64,000 bases of DNA from Octopus sinensis (lineage: Eukaryota). Positions 1 through 12,874 of the stretch are shown one piece after another; the first letter of the stretch is position 1, and every line of letters begins with the position of its first letter. The DNA lies in the NCBI RefSeq assembly GCF_006345805.1, contig NC_042999.1:21948001-22012000 (forward strand), read 5' to 3'. A model generated the notes under the pieces. That model had not been told where the DNA came from. It was given only the letters and a program-made list of their open reading frames with translations, and did not search any database. Both the position numbers and the translations under genes were made by a program.

Positions 1-98
1 TGCGCCTTCGTTCCCTAGAGGGAAAGAACTAGATTGGGATTAGTCGTTGCCTACTAGGGGCTCTTACATACATGGGCAACGCCGGGCTATGCTGCTAG
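1..98 (+). mobile_element. Helitron 3' end
   Basis: gggcaacgccgggc...ctgCTAG|t: same terminus type as the 20995-21388 element. Confidence 0.6.
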
Positions 99-859
99 TA
101 GTTTATAAATGACAATATTAGAAACACTTTACATTTCGTGAAAGGGATATATGATAGGAACATCCGCTTAATTTCTATGATGCGTAGCATCTTTAATGAA
201 CAGTTAAAAGGTTTGACACTTGACAATAGTTGAGAACAGTGCAGTTCTCACCTACTCTGCTTTTAGCCTTTCACTTCGTATGGTTGAGACATTTCAATAG
301 TTGAGACATTTCAGTCATCATAATGCTATTTACATTCGTTCATATACTCATATTAAGACAGGAGTCATAACAAGTATCACTTTCTATGGTTAACATGTAT
401 GTATATGTATATGTGGGTTAGATCGCTTTGAGTGCTAAGAGGTAAAATATTCATTTTCTAATCCATTGATATACATACATATATAAATACATATACATAT
501 ACATGTACACAGAAAGACACACACACACACAGACACACGCACACGCGCATATATATGTGTATATCTCTCTATCTGTCTTTCATCTATTTATCTACCTTTC
601 TCAGTGTGTGTGTATATATATTATACACCTATATATTATATATATATGCGTAATATATATGTTTATATATATTATGCATATTATATAGTATATATATAAT
701 ATATATTATATAAGTGAGAGAATAGATGTTTATTCCATTAGTTGAGAGAACTTTTGTTATACATGGTAGTTACATAATCGGTGCTACATAATTCGTCTCA
801 CATATGAAGATAATTCATACATACATACAGACATAAATACACACATACGCATACATACA

Positions 860-904
<45 letters not shown>

Positions 905-979
905 GCACGTACATATACATTTATATATGTATGTATGTATATATGCATATACACGTACATATATTTATGAATGTTTGTA

Positions 980-1010
<31 letters not shown>

Positions 1011-2184
1011 TTATCTATCTATTTATCTATCTATATAATTATGCTGTAATGTAGCTGACAGACTACTCTCAGAACATTCCATGGCAAGTTAAAACTCAAT
1101 TCTTCTTTTTCATTGCTATGCAGACAGGCAGAATAGCTGTTATTTGAAATACAGATCGCATTTCTGAGTTCAAATCCAACGGGAACAATCTATTTTTTCC
1201 CCTTCCGTGGTCGATAAATAACGTACTAATTTAGGTCCCAGCCATATTGGAACACCTTACTATATTTCTTCCAGTACTTGTTGCGATTCTGTGAGCTGAC
1301 GCGATACTTTCTGGGTTTAAAGCTCACTTACATCTGTTTACATTTACGTGTGAGTCATGATGTAATAAATGTTTTGCCACAGATCTCGGAACACAATGTA
1401 AAATGTCCTTGGCTTAAAGAAACTATTACTGCCATACTTGCAAGCTCTGAGTGCGTCGCTCTTATATTTCACCAGATGTCACATTCTCTTTATGTGTTTG
1501 ATTTTATCAAAATGTAGGCTTTTAAAAAGCCCACATATTTTGCAGAGGTTATGTACAAAATACTTTTCTATTTTTTAAATAATGGTATAAAAGGAAGATC
1601 TAGTATAAGATATTGTTGCCGTAAAAAGAACAACTACAACAACAACACCAGCAACAAAATACGTACTTCCTAATAAGTCATGAAAGACTATTATTATAGA
1701 GAAAAATATAGGACGTCTGATTGTTTGAATGACAGAGAAGGTGCAGTATCGTGTTACGCTATTTAGTTCCATTTCGCTGCTTTTTAATTTTAGACGTATC
1801 ATGGGTCGACAAAAATCATGCATTAACAATGTTCTCAGTCGATGTAATCATCGATATCCCGTCTATTGAAATATGTGGCTGTGTGGCAATGTAATGAGTC
1901 ACGATTATGTTAAATATATACTGTATGACTTCATATAGATTTTCTAATATTTCCTCAAATTAAAAGTGAATTTATTCGCGAATATCGGTGATCGGTTAGA
2001 TTCTATGCTAACATCATTTTTGTAAGTTTATAGTAAAATATGAGCCATATTCACAACTGTGTGGCAAGGGCAGAGCCCTCAATCTCACCCGTGAAACTTT
2101 ACACAGCACCCGGGATTGTTGGTAGACAGGAAGGATGATATCCTCAAACCAGAGACGTTTTCTGAAAGCCTGCAAATCAGTAAG

Positions 2185-2310
2185 TTCAAAAGTCCCCCAT
2201 TATAATATTTGTGGCGATTCATCTAACCTATGGGAGGTTTACTTGTACGAATTCTTCATTAGCCACATCATAGTTTATGAAGTAATTGTAAATAGACATT
2301 AGAATGGTGA
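2185..2310 (-). mobile_element. Old LINE APE-endonuclease remnant
   Basis: One frame gives ILMSIY...EEF...NIIMGDF with stops. Confidence 0.35.
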
Positions 2311-2570
2311 AGAACTGGAAGGGTTCGTTAGAGTGTCGGAAGAAATACACTGTAAAATCCAATTAAACATTCAAACGTTTCAGTGTCATATAAAAATAAA
2401 TGTTCCTTCTCGAGCCATGCCAGGTTCATAAGGGCCGGTTTCCCGGTTTAGTGGCGTAGAAATTTTCCAGAAGTTTATCATTTAAATATGAGCATGTCTA
2501 GATATGCAACTATATACATGAGAATACATACTTAAAACAGAACATACAAATCTGCACGTATACATATATA

Positions 2571-2793
2571 TTTCTTTACTACCCACAAGGGGCTAAACAT
2601 AGAGGGGACAAACAAGGACAGACAAACGAATTAAGTGGATTATATCGACCCCAGTGCGTAACTGGTACTTAATTTATCGACCTCGAAAGGATGAAAGGCA
2701 AAGTCGACCTCGGCGGAATTTGAACTCGGAACGTAACGGCAGACGAAATACGGCTACGCATTTCGCCCGGCGTGCTAACGTTTCTGCCAACTC
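2571..2793 (-). mobile_element. tRNA-derived SINE family A (Meta/MESC-like core)
   Basis: tRNA-like head with B-box gagttcaaattcc and core gcctttcatcctttcggggtcgataaattaagtaccag; 17-bp TSD gcacgtatacatatata. Confidence 0.85.
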
Positions 2794-2856
2794 GCACGTA
2801 TACATATATACATGCATACATACATACATACATACATACATACATACATACATACA

Positions 2857-2892
<36 letters not shown>

Positions 2893-3094
2893 TACCGTGA
2901 TGAAATTCCAATGAAGGAACCTTGGATCTAGGTTAGAAACCGGTTCTTTCTCTATTAGTAAGAAATCTTGAAATAAAACTGAATAATGACATACATACAT
3001 AACCATAGACATATATGTACGTATGTATGTACGTATGTATGTATGCATGAATTGTATGTATGTATGTATGTATGTATGTATGTAGGTATGTATT

Positions 3095-3340
3095 CTTTTA
3101 CTCTTTTACTTGTTTCAGTCATTTGACTGTGGCCATGCTGGAGCACTGCCTTTAGTCGAGCAAATCGACCCCAGGACTTATTCTTTGTAAGCCTAGTACT
3201 TATTCTATTGGTCTCTTTCGCCGAACCGCTAAGTTATGGGGACGTAAACACACCAGCATCGGTTGTCAAGCGATGTTTGGGGACAAACACAGACACACAA
3301 ACGTATACACATACAACATGCATAGATGAATATATATATA

Positions 3341-3409
<69 letters not shown>

Positions 3410-3568
3410 TATACATATATACGACGGAATTCTTTCAGTTTCCGTCTACCAAATCCACTCACAAGTCTTTGGTTGGCCCGAGGCTATAGCAGAAGACACT
3501 TGCCCAAGTGCCACACAGTGGGACTGAGCCCAGAACCATGTGGTTGGTAAGCAAGCTACTTACCACAC
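3095..3568 (-). mobile_element. tRNA-derived SINE family B (CORE-like, internal (TA)n/(CA)n)
   Basis: Head gtaggagtggctgtgtggtaagtagcttg, ggcacttgggcaagtgtcttct, tail ccagcatggccacagtcaaatgactgaaac. Confidence 0.85.
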
Positions 3569-4530
3569 AGCCACTCCTACACCTATATATATATATGCAT
3601 ACTTTTCAAATCTGGTCCACCGTTTTGGTTCGCGTAATAAATTCTAGCGTGTATACATTTAACATTTTGGAGGGAAGAATACTGGATGAAATACAGCCAC
3701 ACGCAATTATTTCTTTTCACACCAATATTATTACGTGGTAACTCCAGTTTATCTACGTGAGTACAGTTGACGTATATAGGTTTATATGTGCTTTTAAAAT
3801 CCTGAAGATTAGTGAATAAAAAAAAATGAAAAAAACTAAGAAGGAATAAAATGTACTGAAACATTTATCAGTATGAAATTCTGCATAAAATTAAGAAATA
3901 TCATAATAAATTTCTCATGAGAGCTTTGCAGTAACAAAAAAAAAAGAAAAAAGAAAGCTATAAAATATAAAAGCAAAACAAAAAATATTAAAAGATTGAA
4001 CAACAATTTTAAAGCATTAGATATTGAATGTAAATATATGAATCCGAGAACTTGTATATTTTTTTTAACCTAACATTTCTCATAGGAAATTGGATATCGA
4101 TAAATATGGATTCGAAGACCTCTGTTAAAAACCATCCAATTATATGCTGCAATATTATTTCGTATATCTAAAATAGAAGTAAGTTAGAAGAATTGGTAGA
4201 GTGCTGAACGAAATGCATATCGCTTAATTTGGTGTACCTTAACGATTCGACTTTCAAACCACGCCGGAAATCGAATTTGCAATTCGTATAAGACTGGCAT
4301 CTACTTTGCCTATTCCTCAAGGAGTAAATGTAAATTCTATGAAAATAAACAAAACGTAACACTGTAAGTAATGCTTAGATTTGTCTTTCTTTCTATATTT
4401 GTTTGGCATTTTTTGGCGAAATACAGACACACGAATATAGATATGTGTGTGAGATTCTCTGTGTATACATACATATATACATATATACATTCATATATAT
4501 ATATATATATATATTCATACACAAGCACTC

Positions 4531-4572
<42 letters not shown>

Positions 4573-4699
4573 GGTGTTTTTGTGTGTGTGTGTGTTGTTT
4601 GTAACATTTTGTGTTAATCAAAACAAGCTACAAATAAGATATTCAGAATGGTAGAAGGTACAGCTAAGGTGAAACTTGAAGTCTCAGTCATCACGCACA

Positions 4700-4894
4700 C
4701 ACTCACACTCACACTAACATTTGTTCTTACGTTCATTTATAATAAAAATTTGTTTTACATTAATCTATATTCTTCCAGAGTACAAAGTTGTTATTCTCAT
4801 ACAAGAATGTCGTTGACAGTGACTTCGAAGTTTCGGTGATCGTCAGACAGTCGGAGGGTTGCTTAGCTGGCCAAATGTTCGAATTTACTGTCAA
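4700..4894 (-). mobile_element. PLE pLTR-like fragment with inverted hammerhead-like motifs
   Basis: Motif 4852-4815: GACUGU CUGACGA ucacc GAA ACUUCGAAGU C ACUGUC. It is related to 62400-62550 (shared acaagaat...tgacagtgacttcgaagtttcgg), and an inverted degenerate copy lies at 4859-4894. Confidence 0.5.
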
Positions 4895-4934
4895 GACCAT
4901 TTTTGTATACAAATAGCAAATATATACGCATACG

Positions 4935-5312
4935 TACATGATGGCCGTCCACTCGTGACCGAGGAAGACCATTGCCGAACCTCAAGAACATTGTGTGCTC
5001 TAGGACTAAATTATATTTTGCATTTGCGGCATACACGACTGCAAACATTGCAGACCATGCTTTCCCCATTCACTATACGAGCCGTGCGCTTTCGCGCAGC
5101 TCGCTTAAGTTCTTCATGCTGGATACGTGCTCTCTCAAAAGTGTCGATCCCCTCCTTAACCTGCTTCCTCCATCTGTGGCGATGACAGGCATTGTTCTCC
5201 CAGTCAGTGTCCTGCATATCAAAGGCCTTTAACGAGGACTTGACACAGTCCTTAAAGCGTAGCCTTGGTTTCTGCCGGCGTCTCCTTCCATTCACAATTT
5301 CTCCATAGAGCA
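4935..5312 (-). mobile_element. RTE-clade LINE 3' fragment
   Basis: GRRRRQKPRLRFKDCVKSSLKAFDMQDTDWENNACHRHRWRKQVKEG...MVCNVCSRVC: the typical RTE post-RT region plus the start of a C-terminal zinc finger. Confidence 0.8.
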
Positions 5313-6179
5313 TACACACGTACGTACGCACATACGAGGGATGCTGGAAAATCCTCGTCTTTGGGTAAAATACAAGGAAATCAGTTAATTATGATTAACA
5401 ATAATACATATTCCTCTCTCAGATTCAAATTCTTATTGCAGCCGTCCTTCATCTTTTCTAAGCTCCGTAAGATAACTTAAAAGGTTTGGCCTCCAACCAG
5501 GCCGGTCGGGACACCCTTAGAGCAAGGAACATATTAGCCCCCACCTCGTGTACACCACACACACACACACACACATTGTATATCTTGTGCATGGAGGTAA
5601 GTGTACGACTGCTACTAGTGCGTTTAGTGCCTCAGCATCAGCAACACTCACTGCAGAGGATGCCAATAACCACTATGTCGAAACGGGCGTAGGGAATAGA
5701 TGATTTAAACTGTATGTTGCGTTTAACATGATTTTTGCTTAGTGTTGTTTCCGTCCCCATTTCATCTCTCTCGGGTCGATGAATAAGGTATCATTTAACT
5801 ACTGGACTAGGTTCGCCTCTCTCTCACGCGCTTTCTCTCGGAATCGAGCAAAACTGCTGGATGTGAAATGCTGTAAGGCATATCACTTTCTCCTGAAATC
5901 CGAGGTATATTGAGTGAGACACTACCTAACGTCTCCTCACAGGAGAATTTAAATGTTCCCGGGCTTGTTCAGGAACGATCAATGTGCAAAGCAGCACAGA
6001 AAAGAATTAAAAACGGAGGGGCATTTATACGTATATATCAAAACAGAATCTCTGCGTAGTTGCGGTACTTGAGTAGTAACAGTATAATAAATCTGCAAAA
6101 AAGTCTTGTGATTAATTTTGTTGTTTAATGTTATTTTTCCATTCGTCATAAAAACAAACATTAATATATATATATATAT

Positions 6180-6890
6180 GGTGCACATTACCAGGATGGC
6201 GACAAAGTGCAGACGACTAGCTGGAGGGATCCTGAGAACATTCAGAATCAGAGAAAAAGGAAACCATGATGGTCCTCTGGAGGACATTCGTCCTCAGCTG
6301 CCTGGATTACTGCTCACAGCTATGGTCATCCAACAGTGTGAAATTAACAGCAGACCTTGAAGCAATCCAGAGAAGAGTCACAAAGAAGACCGTTCCTTTG
6401 CAACTGCTCAGCTACTGGGAATGGCTGAAACAGCTAAGACTCTACTCCTTGGAGAGAAGGCGGGAGAGGTATGCAGTGATATTCGTCTGGAAGACGCTGG
6501 AAGGAATTATGCCAAATTTTGGCATTGAAATCTACACCAATGTCAGAACAGGTCGACACTGCATAGTGCCAATGATCCCAGCAATTCCATCGGGATTCAG
6601 GACCAGTTACTGCTTGGGTTTCAGGGGTTCACAGTTTTATAATATTCTCCCAAAGAGCCTGAGGGACCTACACAAAGTGGCTGTAGGTGTTTTCAAATCA
6701 AAACTGGACATCTTCTCGTCGAGAGTCCCAGATGAACCTACCTCGCGGCAAGAGGTTCAAATGAGTGTAGTGATGACATCAAAGTCTCTTATTCACCTAA
6801 CGCCACATATTAGAGGTGGCTCTCAATAATAATAGTGTAGCAAAACGGCAGTTCCCCAGCTTTGCGGCAGCTCTGAGCTGAAACAACAAA
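6180..6890 (+). mobile_element. CR1/L2-group LINE 3' fragment
   Basis: FVLSCLDYCSQLWS...LEAIQRRVTK...SYWEWLKQLRLYSLERRRERY...YNILPKSLR...FKSKLD, followed by a 3' tail ending cagctctgagctgaaac. Confidence 0.85.
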
Positions 6891-6909
6891 CATATATATT
6901 ATTATATAT

Positions 6910-6942
<33 letters not shown>

Positions 6943-6989
6943 GAAAAACAGTCAAAATAGAAAATGCTTAAAAAATTTTATAAAGAACA

Positions 6990-7032
6990 TTCAGTACCGA
7001 TTTCGGTCATTTTGAGACCTTTTCAACTGTAA
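6990..7032 (-). ncRNA. Minimal type-I hammerhead-like motif, U3:A8 variant
   Basis: Minus strand reads UUACAG UUGAAAA GGUC-ucaaaau-GACC GAA AUCGGU A CUGAA, about 690 nt downstream of the GIY-YIG stop on the same strand. Confidence 0.6.
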
Positions 7033-7379
7033 CGATTAAATAATTAAATTTAGAAAAATTAAAAGAAAAGTTTTTTTAAAGGAATATTTGTATAGTGTTC
7101 AAATATAAGTGGCATTCTGCCTTTCTCTGTCTCCCTTGTTTGCACTTGTGTGTTCGAGGCCGTTGTGAATTCTTGGTAGGGTAGAAGTAGAAGAAGGTTG
7201 ATGAGGAGAGGGGGTGGCAAATTTGGGAGTGCCTTGATGGTCGTATTTTGAATGGTCAGTGACGGCTAGCAGTTGCAGTTCAATTCAGAATATTTCTATT
7301 GAAAGGTTTCTTTATGGAATTTGCGTAGGTGTTAAACTAAAATGCATTAGTGATAAAGTTAAGAAGTAGAAGGTGGAGC

Positions 7380-7427
7380 AGAAGAAGAAGAAGAAGAAGA
7401 AGAGATGACGATGTTGATGATGATGAA

Positions 7428-7462
<35 letters not shown>

Positions 7463-7575
7463 AGAAGGAGAAGGAGAAGAAGAAGATGATGATGATGGTG
7501 ATGATGATGACGACGATGATGATGATAATGATGATGAAGAAGATGAGGAAGAAGAAGAAAAAAAGAAGGGAGAAT
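7380..7575. repeat. Compound (GAA)/(GAT) triplet repeat inside the Penelope 3' region
   Basis: Seen directly. Confidence 0.95.
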
Positions 7576-8505
7576 ATGAATGAGTGAAAGTAGTGAGGTG
7601 TTGTATGACTTGAAGTTGGCACGTTATGGATTATAGCTGTGATTGGGGCTGATTTGTAATGGATTCTTTGGAATGTAATATTTGTGTGTGTATTTCTGTT
7701 ATTCTAAAGTTGAGGTATATTAATCGTTTGTCGTAGACCCGTTAAGAAGTGGCCTGTATTTTGTAATAAAGAGAGTTTCTTTACTTATTCGTTGTCTCGA
7801 GGTTGTATCGTCCCTAAATTGGTAGAGGGGGAAAATCCTGAAGCCTGGTGTTTTGTTGTTGGCGCAAGTATCTATGTGTTGGCTGAAAGCTATTTTTCTG
7901 TTTTGGGGAATTTTTATCTGGGATCTGTGCAGGGCCATTCTTTTACGCAAACTATTTTTTGTTTGGCCTATGTACTGCTCTTGACACCCAGAGCAGGGTA
8001 GTGTGTATATCAGGTTCTCCGAAGCACATGTGAATTTGCTTTTCACTGTAAACTGTTGTCCCTGTTTGAAGGAGGACTCTGATCCCTCAATTAGATAATC
8101 GCATATCCCGCAATTGGGTCTTCCACATTTTTCTACTGTCGGCTTCTGTGTTGAAGAGTGTATTCGGGCTTGTGTTAGGAGACTTTTCATAGATTTAGGC
8201 TGTCTCTTGCTTTTTATGATCGTGTGTGTTTGGAGGATTGTGTTCATTCTGTGGTCATTTTTTAGGAGGGGTATGTTGTGGAGGATGGTGCCAAAGGCTT
8301 CATTATTGAGAGGGTTGTGTGTGGAGATGTATGGTAAGGCTTTTGGTCGTAAGTTTTTCTTTGATTTGGGATGTCTCAGTTCCTTGATGTTAAGTTTAAG
8401 GGCACGTTGAATGCACATGTCAATAAGTGAAGGTGGGTAGTTCCTGGTGATAAGGGTATCTTTTAGTTCTTGTAGTCGTGTGTCTCTGGTGTTTGCATTA
8501 GAAAC

Positions 8506-8575
<70 letters not shown>

Positions 8576-9149
8576 ATTTAACAAGAGTTTAGAATTAAAA
8601 GTTTTACGCTTTGTATTTATTAAGAACAGAGAATTACATTTACACCTCGTGTTCGAGACTGGATATTATTAGAATACCCCGTGTTATAATTAACAACTAT
8701 CGGATATTATACAAATGTTATATTTCCCATGAAATAAAGTGTACTAACAATATTTGTTCAAAAAGTATAATCGTGTTTTTCTCCAAATTTTTCTGTCGCC
8801 TTCTGTCTCTCAGTATTTTATAATTACAATTGTTATCTTTAAATACTTCTTAGTTCTTTACACTGTTATCTTTTCATTTCTTTGTTACATTATATTTATA
8901 GCTACTGTTTGTTATCTACATATTAATATTTTATATAACTGTAAACAATGTTTTTGTCACATTCTAGCTACTGTACTATATTCATTGGCACAACGATTAT
9001 CCGTCGTCTTTTAAAATTTGTTTCTTTTAAAAATGCTAGTTACTCTTCCCCTCTAAGTCGAAATTAAAGTTTTTCGAGAGTTCAAGAGAGTTTTTGAGTG
9101 TACTAGAGCGGAACATAAAATTACAGGTGGGCATCGGTTCTTTCCCTCT

Positions 9150-9564
9150 TATTTCTTTATTACCCACAAGGGGCCAAACATAGAGAGGACAAACAAGGAC
9201 AGACAAGTGGATTAGGTCGATTACATCGACCCCAGTGCATAACTGGTACTTAATTCATCGAGCCCGAAAGGATGAAAGGTAAAGTCGACCTCGGCGGAAT
9301 TTGAACTCAGAACGTGAAGACGGGCAAAATACCTATACCTTTACTACCCACAAGGGGGTAAACACAGAGGAGTCAAATAAGGACAGACAAACGGATTAAG
9401 CCAATTACATCGACCCCAGTGCGTAACTGGTACTTAATTTATCGACCACAAAAGGATGAAAGGCAAAATCGACCTTGGCGGTATTTGAACTCAGAACGTA
9501 ACGGCAGATGAAATACCTCCAAGCATTTCGCTCGGCGTGCTAACGTTTCTGCCAGCTCGCCGCC
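9150..9564 (-). mobile_element. SINE family A nested dimer
   Basis: Two head-to-tail copies joined at gaaatacc|tatacctttac. Confidence 0.85.
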
Positions 9565-10039
9565 TTTCTATCATGTGTTTGTTATATTCTTATTTTAATA
9601 TTACAGTACTATCCTAGAACATGCCATCTTTCGTTTCAGATTTTCATATATATATTTTTTGTTTCAATTTTACTGTGCTTTGTCACCGTTGTTTCTTACC
9701 TCATCATCAGGCCTTTATAACTTTTCCAATATTACTTTTAGGTTTTGTCCTTATCTCATGGCAGTTACATAGTTTTCTTGCCGTCATGCGCCAGGTATTA
9801 TATCCTTTCTTTTTAAACACATATTGTTGCTTTAATCTAAATTATAATATCCTTTACAAAATTATTAACTTAAATACAATAGAACATTTTTATTTCTCAA
9901 CGTCTTTCTTACTTAAGTCCTCCACCCCTTAAGCATTGCGATGTTGGATTAGTGTTTGTGCCATCAGTGTCTACAATGTACAAAGTGGCCCGAAAATCTT
10001 ATCATCACCTGCAAATATTGTTTTACTTTTCTGTTATCA

Positions 10040-10215
10040 AAGAGAGAGTTTCAAAGAGCGATACCAGAATACCCAACAGCTGAAGGACTCTGTTTTGGCA
10101 GCCTTTGCAACAATCTCCAAAAACACAGCTTCGTAAAATATTACACAGGACATGGCGTCGCATCATTTTGTGCCACAAAAATGATGGAGTCCATACAGAC
10201 CTTCTCTATGTGTGA
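10040..10215 (+). mobile_element. Tc1/mariner-like transposase C-terminal remnant
   Basis: YQNTQQLKDSVLAAFATISKN then (frameshift) LRKILHRTWRRIILCHKNDGVHTD, resembling the terminal helices of Tc1/mariner transposases. Confidence 0.45.
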
Positions 10216-10639
10216 CTGTGTCAGTTTCAATGAATGTGAATATACTAAAACCAGTACATGTGTTTGATATTATTATATTGTGCCTCTATTGTTCTTATTA
10301 CTTTTCGGTGTCAGTAGTCTAGAGAAGGAAAAAGATTTAATTCAGAACTGTTGTCTGAGTCTCAAGAAGAACATTTATAAAATTTGACCGAAAATACTTT
10401 GTTACAAGAGAATCGGTGTTACGATATTTATCATGAAATATAATTTTCTACGGATGTCTAAACCCGAAGCCTAGCTTTAGATGCCTTCTAAAGTCACAGG
10501 ACTTTTTTCACCCAATGTATAGGACCATCCTATACATAAGTAGATAAATGAGATGCTTATTCGGTGTGCTGTTACTGTAGTGCAGTAATTCATACAGAAT
10601 ATTACGGACTTCATTCTCTTAATGTCTAATCATTATTAG

Positions 10640-11461
10640 TGGATTTAAATTTTGGTTCTAAGCCAGCAGTTTCGAAGGAGAGATAAGTAGATTATGTCAA
10701 CAACAGTGTTCAAAAGATTCCGATTTTATCGACTAAGAAATGTTGAAAGGCAAAGCCAACCTCGGTGGAATTTGAACATAAACAAGGACGAGATACCGCT
10801 AAGCATTTTCCCCGGCGTGCTAACGATTGTACCAGCTCGCCGCCTTTAGTTAATCATTGACAATGATTTTAAATTTTGGTACAACGCCAGCAATTACGAG
10901 GGAAGGGGTAAGCCGATTACATCGACTCCAGTGCTCAACTGATACTTATTTTATCAACTCTGAAGGTATGAAAGGTAAAGTCGATCTCGGCAGAATTTGA
11001 ACTCAGAACGTAGAGACGGACGAAATGCCGCTAAGCATTTTACTCGGCGCATTAACGAGTTTGCCAATTCGCCGCCCTTGTCGAATCACTAATGATAACT
11101 TCAAATTTTGCCACAAGGCGATCAACTTCGGGGGAGGAGGTAAGCCGATTACATCGAACCCGAAAGGATGAAAGGCAAATTCGACCTCGGCGGAATTTGA
11201 ACACAGAACGTGAAGACAGACGAAATGCCTATTTCTTTACTACCCACAAGGGGCTAGACACAAAGAGGACAAACAAGGACAGACAAATGGATTAAGTTGA
11301 TTATATCGACCCCAGTGCGTAACTGGTACTTATTTAATCGACCCCGAAAGGATGAAAGGCAAAGTCGACCTCGGCGGAATTTGAACTCAGAAGGTAAAGA
11401 CAGACGAAATGCCGCTAAGCATTTTCGCTCGGCGTGCTAGCGATTCTACCAGCTCACGCCT
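10640..11461 (-). mobile_element. SINE family A cluster (about 4-5 copies of differing age)
   Basis: Repeated gaaaggcaaagtcgacctcggcggaatttgaac motifs. Confidence 0.8.
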
Positions 11462-12247
11462 TTGTGTAATCATTAATAATGCCAGTCAATAATATATCAA
11501 GAAACAATATCCAATAAATCAGTGTCTTTTTCTTTCTTATCATTGCTTCCCGATTTCTATTTCCATGCGCCGGTAATTATCGTCTGCGCAACATCTCAAG
11601 CACGGATCTCATCAGACTGAAACAGAAAATATTCTTGTTTAACCAAAAAATCCGCAATATATTTGAAATATGTTGTCATATTTAATCGTGGTATACAAAA
11701 ATTACATTTAAATTAATATCGTGTTATAATTAACAGGAGTTAAGTGTCAACTTCTTTTCAGTTGGTTGTTACATATTTCTTAGAGATATTGTATGTTATC
11801 TTCCCTTCAAACTCTTCATTCGATATCACAGTTTCTGTTAGCTGTTTTATCTCATAGAAACTTCTATGATTTTTTTCTGCTATCTTTTTATCTCATTGCT
11901 ATATTGTTTTTTATAGCCATTATCTCTTCTATCCACACCAGCAAATTATATTCTTATTATAACTGCTCTTGTTTTATCTCAATCTATCTACTATGTTTTT
12001 ATCCAATACTATAAATGCTATCAGTCATCTTCTTAACTATGATTCTTACAAATATGTATTACGTGCTGTGCTTCTTTTAGTCAACATTATATTTACTCAA
12101 AATTATTTTCATCTTAAACAAACCGTTTATATCCCCACCATCTTTCTTATTTCAACGTACATAACGGTATTGTTGAATGTGGAAGAATTGTGTCGTGTAG
12201 AAGCTGTATACCCATGTTTGTTTGTCATGGTTGTAATTCATATATAA

Positions 12248-12676
12248 CTATTTTATACTGTACCTTATGATTGGATCCATCAACGTAATTTGATGGCCGT
12301 AACGGAAACGCATGTCATTTTCAGGCTTCCATTGGTCTGGAGTTATAATTTCACACAGATCTGTCTCAGAAATATTGTCTGAATCTTCGAAGGATTTTAT
12401 GTTTAACCAACGAATGCTTTGTACAAATGATTCACATTTGTCATATTTGTCATGAAAGACAGAATTTGGTTTGCCTTGGAGATCCAGAGTATTTCGTGGG
12501 CTACAGTAAATCACCGTAGGGTTATACGTTTCTATTTTAGGTCCAGGAATCATACAACACACATCAGCAGACTCAATAGCTTCATCTTCATCGAGTTGGA
12601 TATCATGCTTACAGCGTTTCGAACATTTAAAAAAGGTGGCTACGCAGTTGAAGAATTTTCTTAACCTACCTGGCAT
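12248..12676 (-). CDS. Orphan ORF, 142 aa (MPGRLRKFFNCVATFFKCSKRCK...DPIIRYSIK)
   Basis: Uninterrupted ORF of ordinary complexity in non-repetitive DNA. It has an aaaaATG context and a pyrimidine-rich acceptor ttttatcttgcag| at 12700. No family recognised. Confidence 0.4.
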   Translation of the reverse strand: MPGRLRKFFNCVATFFKCSKRCKHDIQLDEDEAIESADVCCMIPGPKIETYNPTVIYCSPRNTLDLQGKPNSVFHDKYDKCESFVQSIRWLNIKSFEDSDNISETDLCEIITPDQWKPENDMRFRYGHQITLMDPIIRYSIK

Positions 12677-12874
12677 TTTTTCAAGTAAGAATTGCAATTC
12701 TGCAAGATAAAATATATGAACTAAATCAAAACAAAAAAAAATTAATTCAATGAATGAGGTAAAAGATATCAAACAGAATTTGCTTTGCAACGTCAGGTGA
12801 AGATTGAAACAAATGTCCGAATGGCTTAAATGATACGTCACAATTCTCTTCTTCATTGTGAGGTATTTGATTGA

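Larger units (their letters stand above)
6943..8514 (-). mobile_element. Penelope-like retroelement, 5'-truncated (RT-thumb end, Cys linker, GIY-YIG endonuclease, 3' pLTR-like region)
   Basis: ORF 8418-7720 contains KCGRPNCGICDYL and NLIYTLPCSGCQEQYIGQTKNSLRKRMALH...KETLFITKYRPLLN, i.e. the PLE C-terminal GIY-YIG. The Cys-rich linker suggests the Neptune-like clade. (TA)n tracts flank both sides. Confidence 0.9.

Noticed and set aside
7350-7622. Poly-E/D, poly-K/M and poly-F/I ORFs
   Set aside because: Triplet repeat inside the Penelope 3' region, open in several frames.
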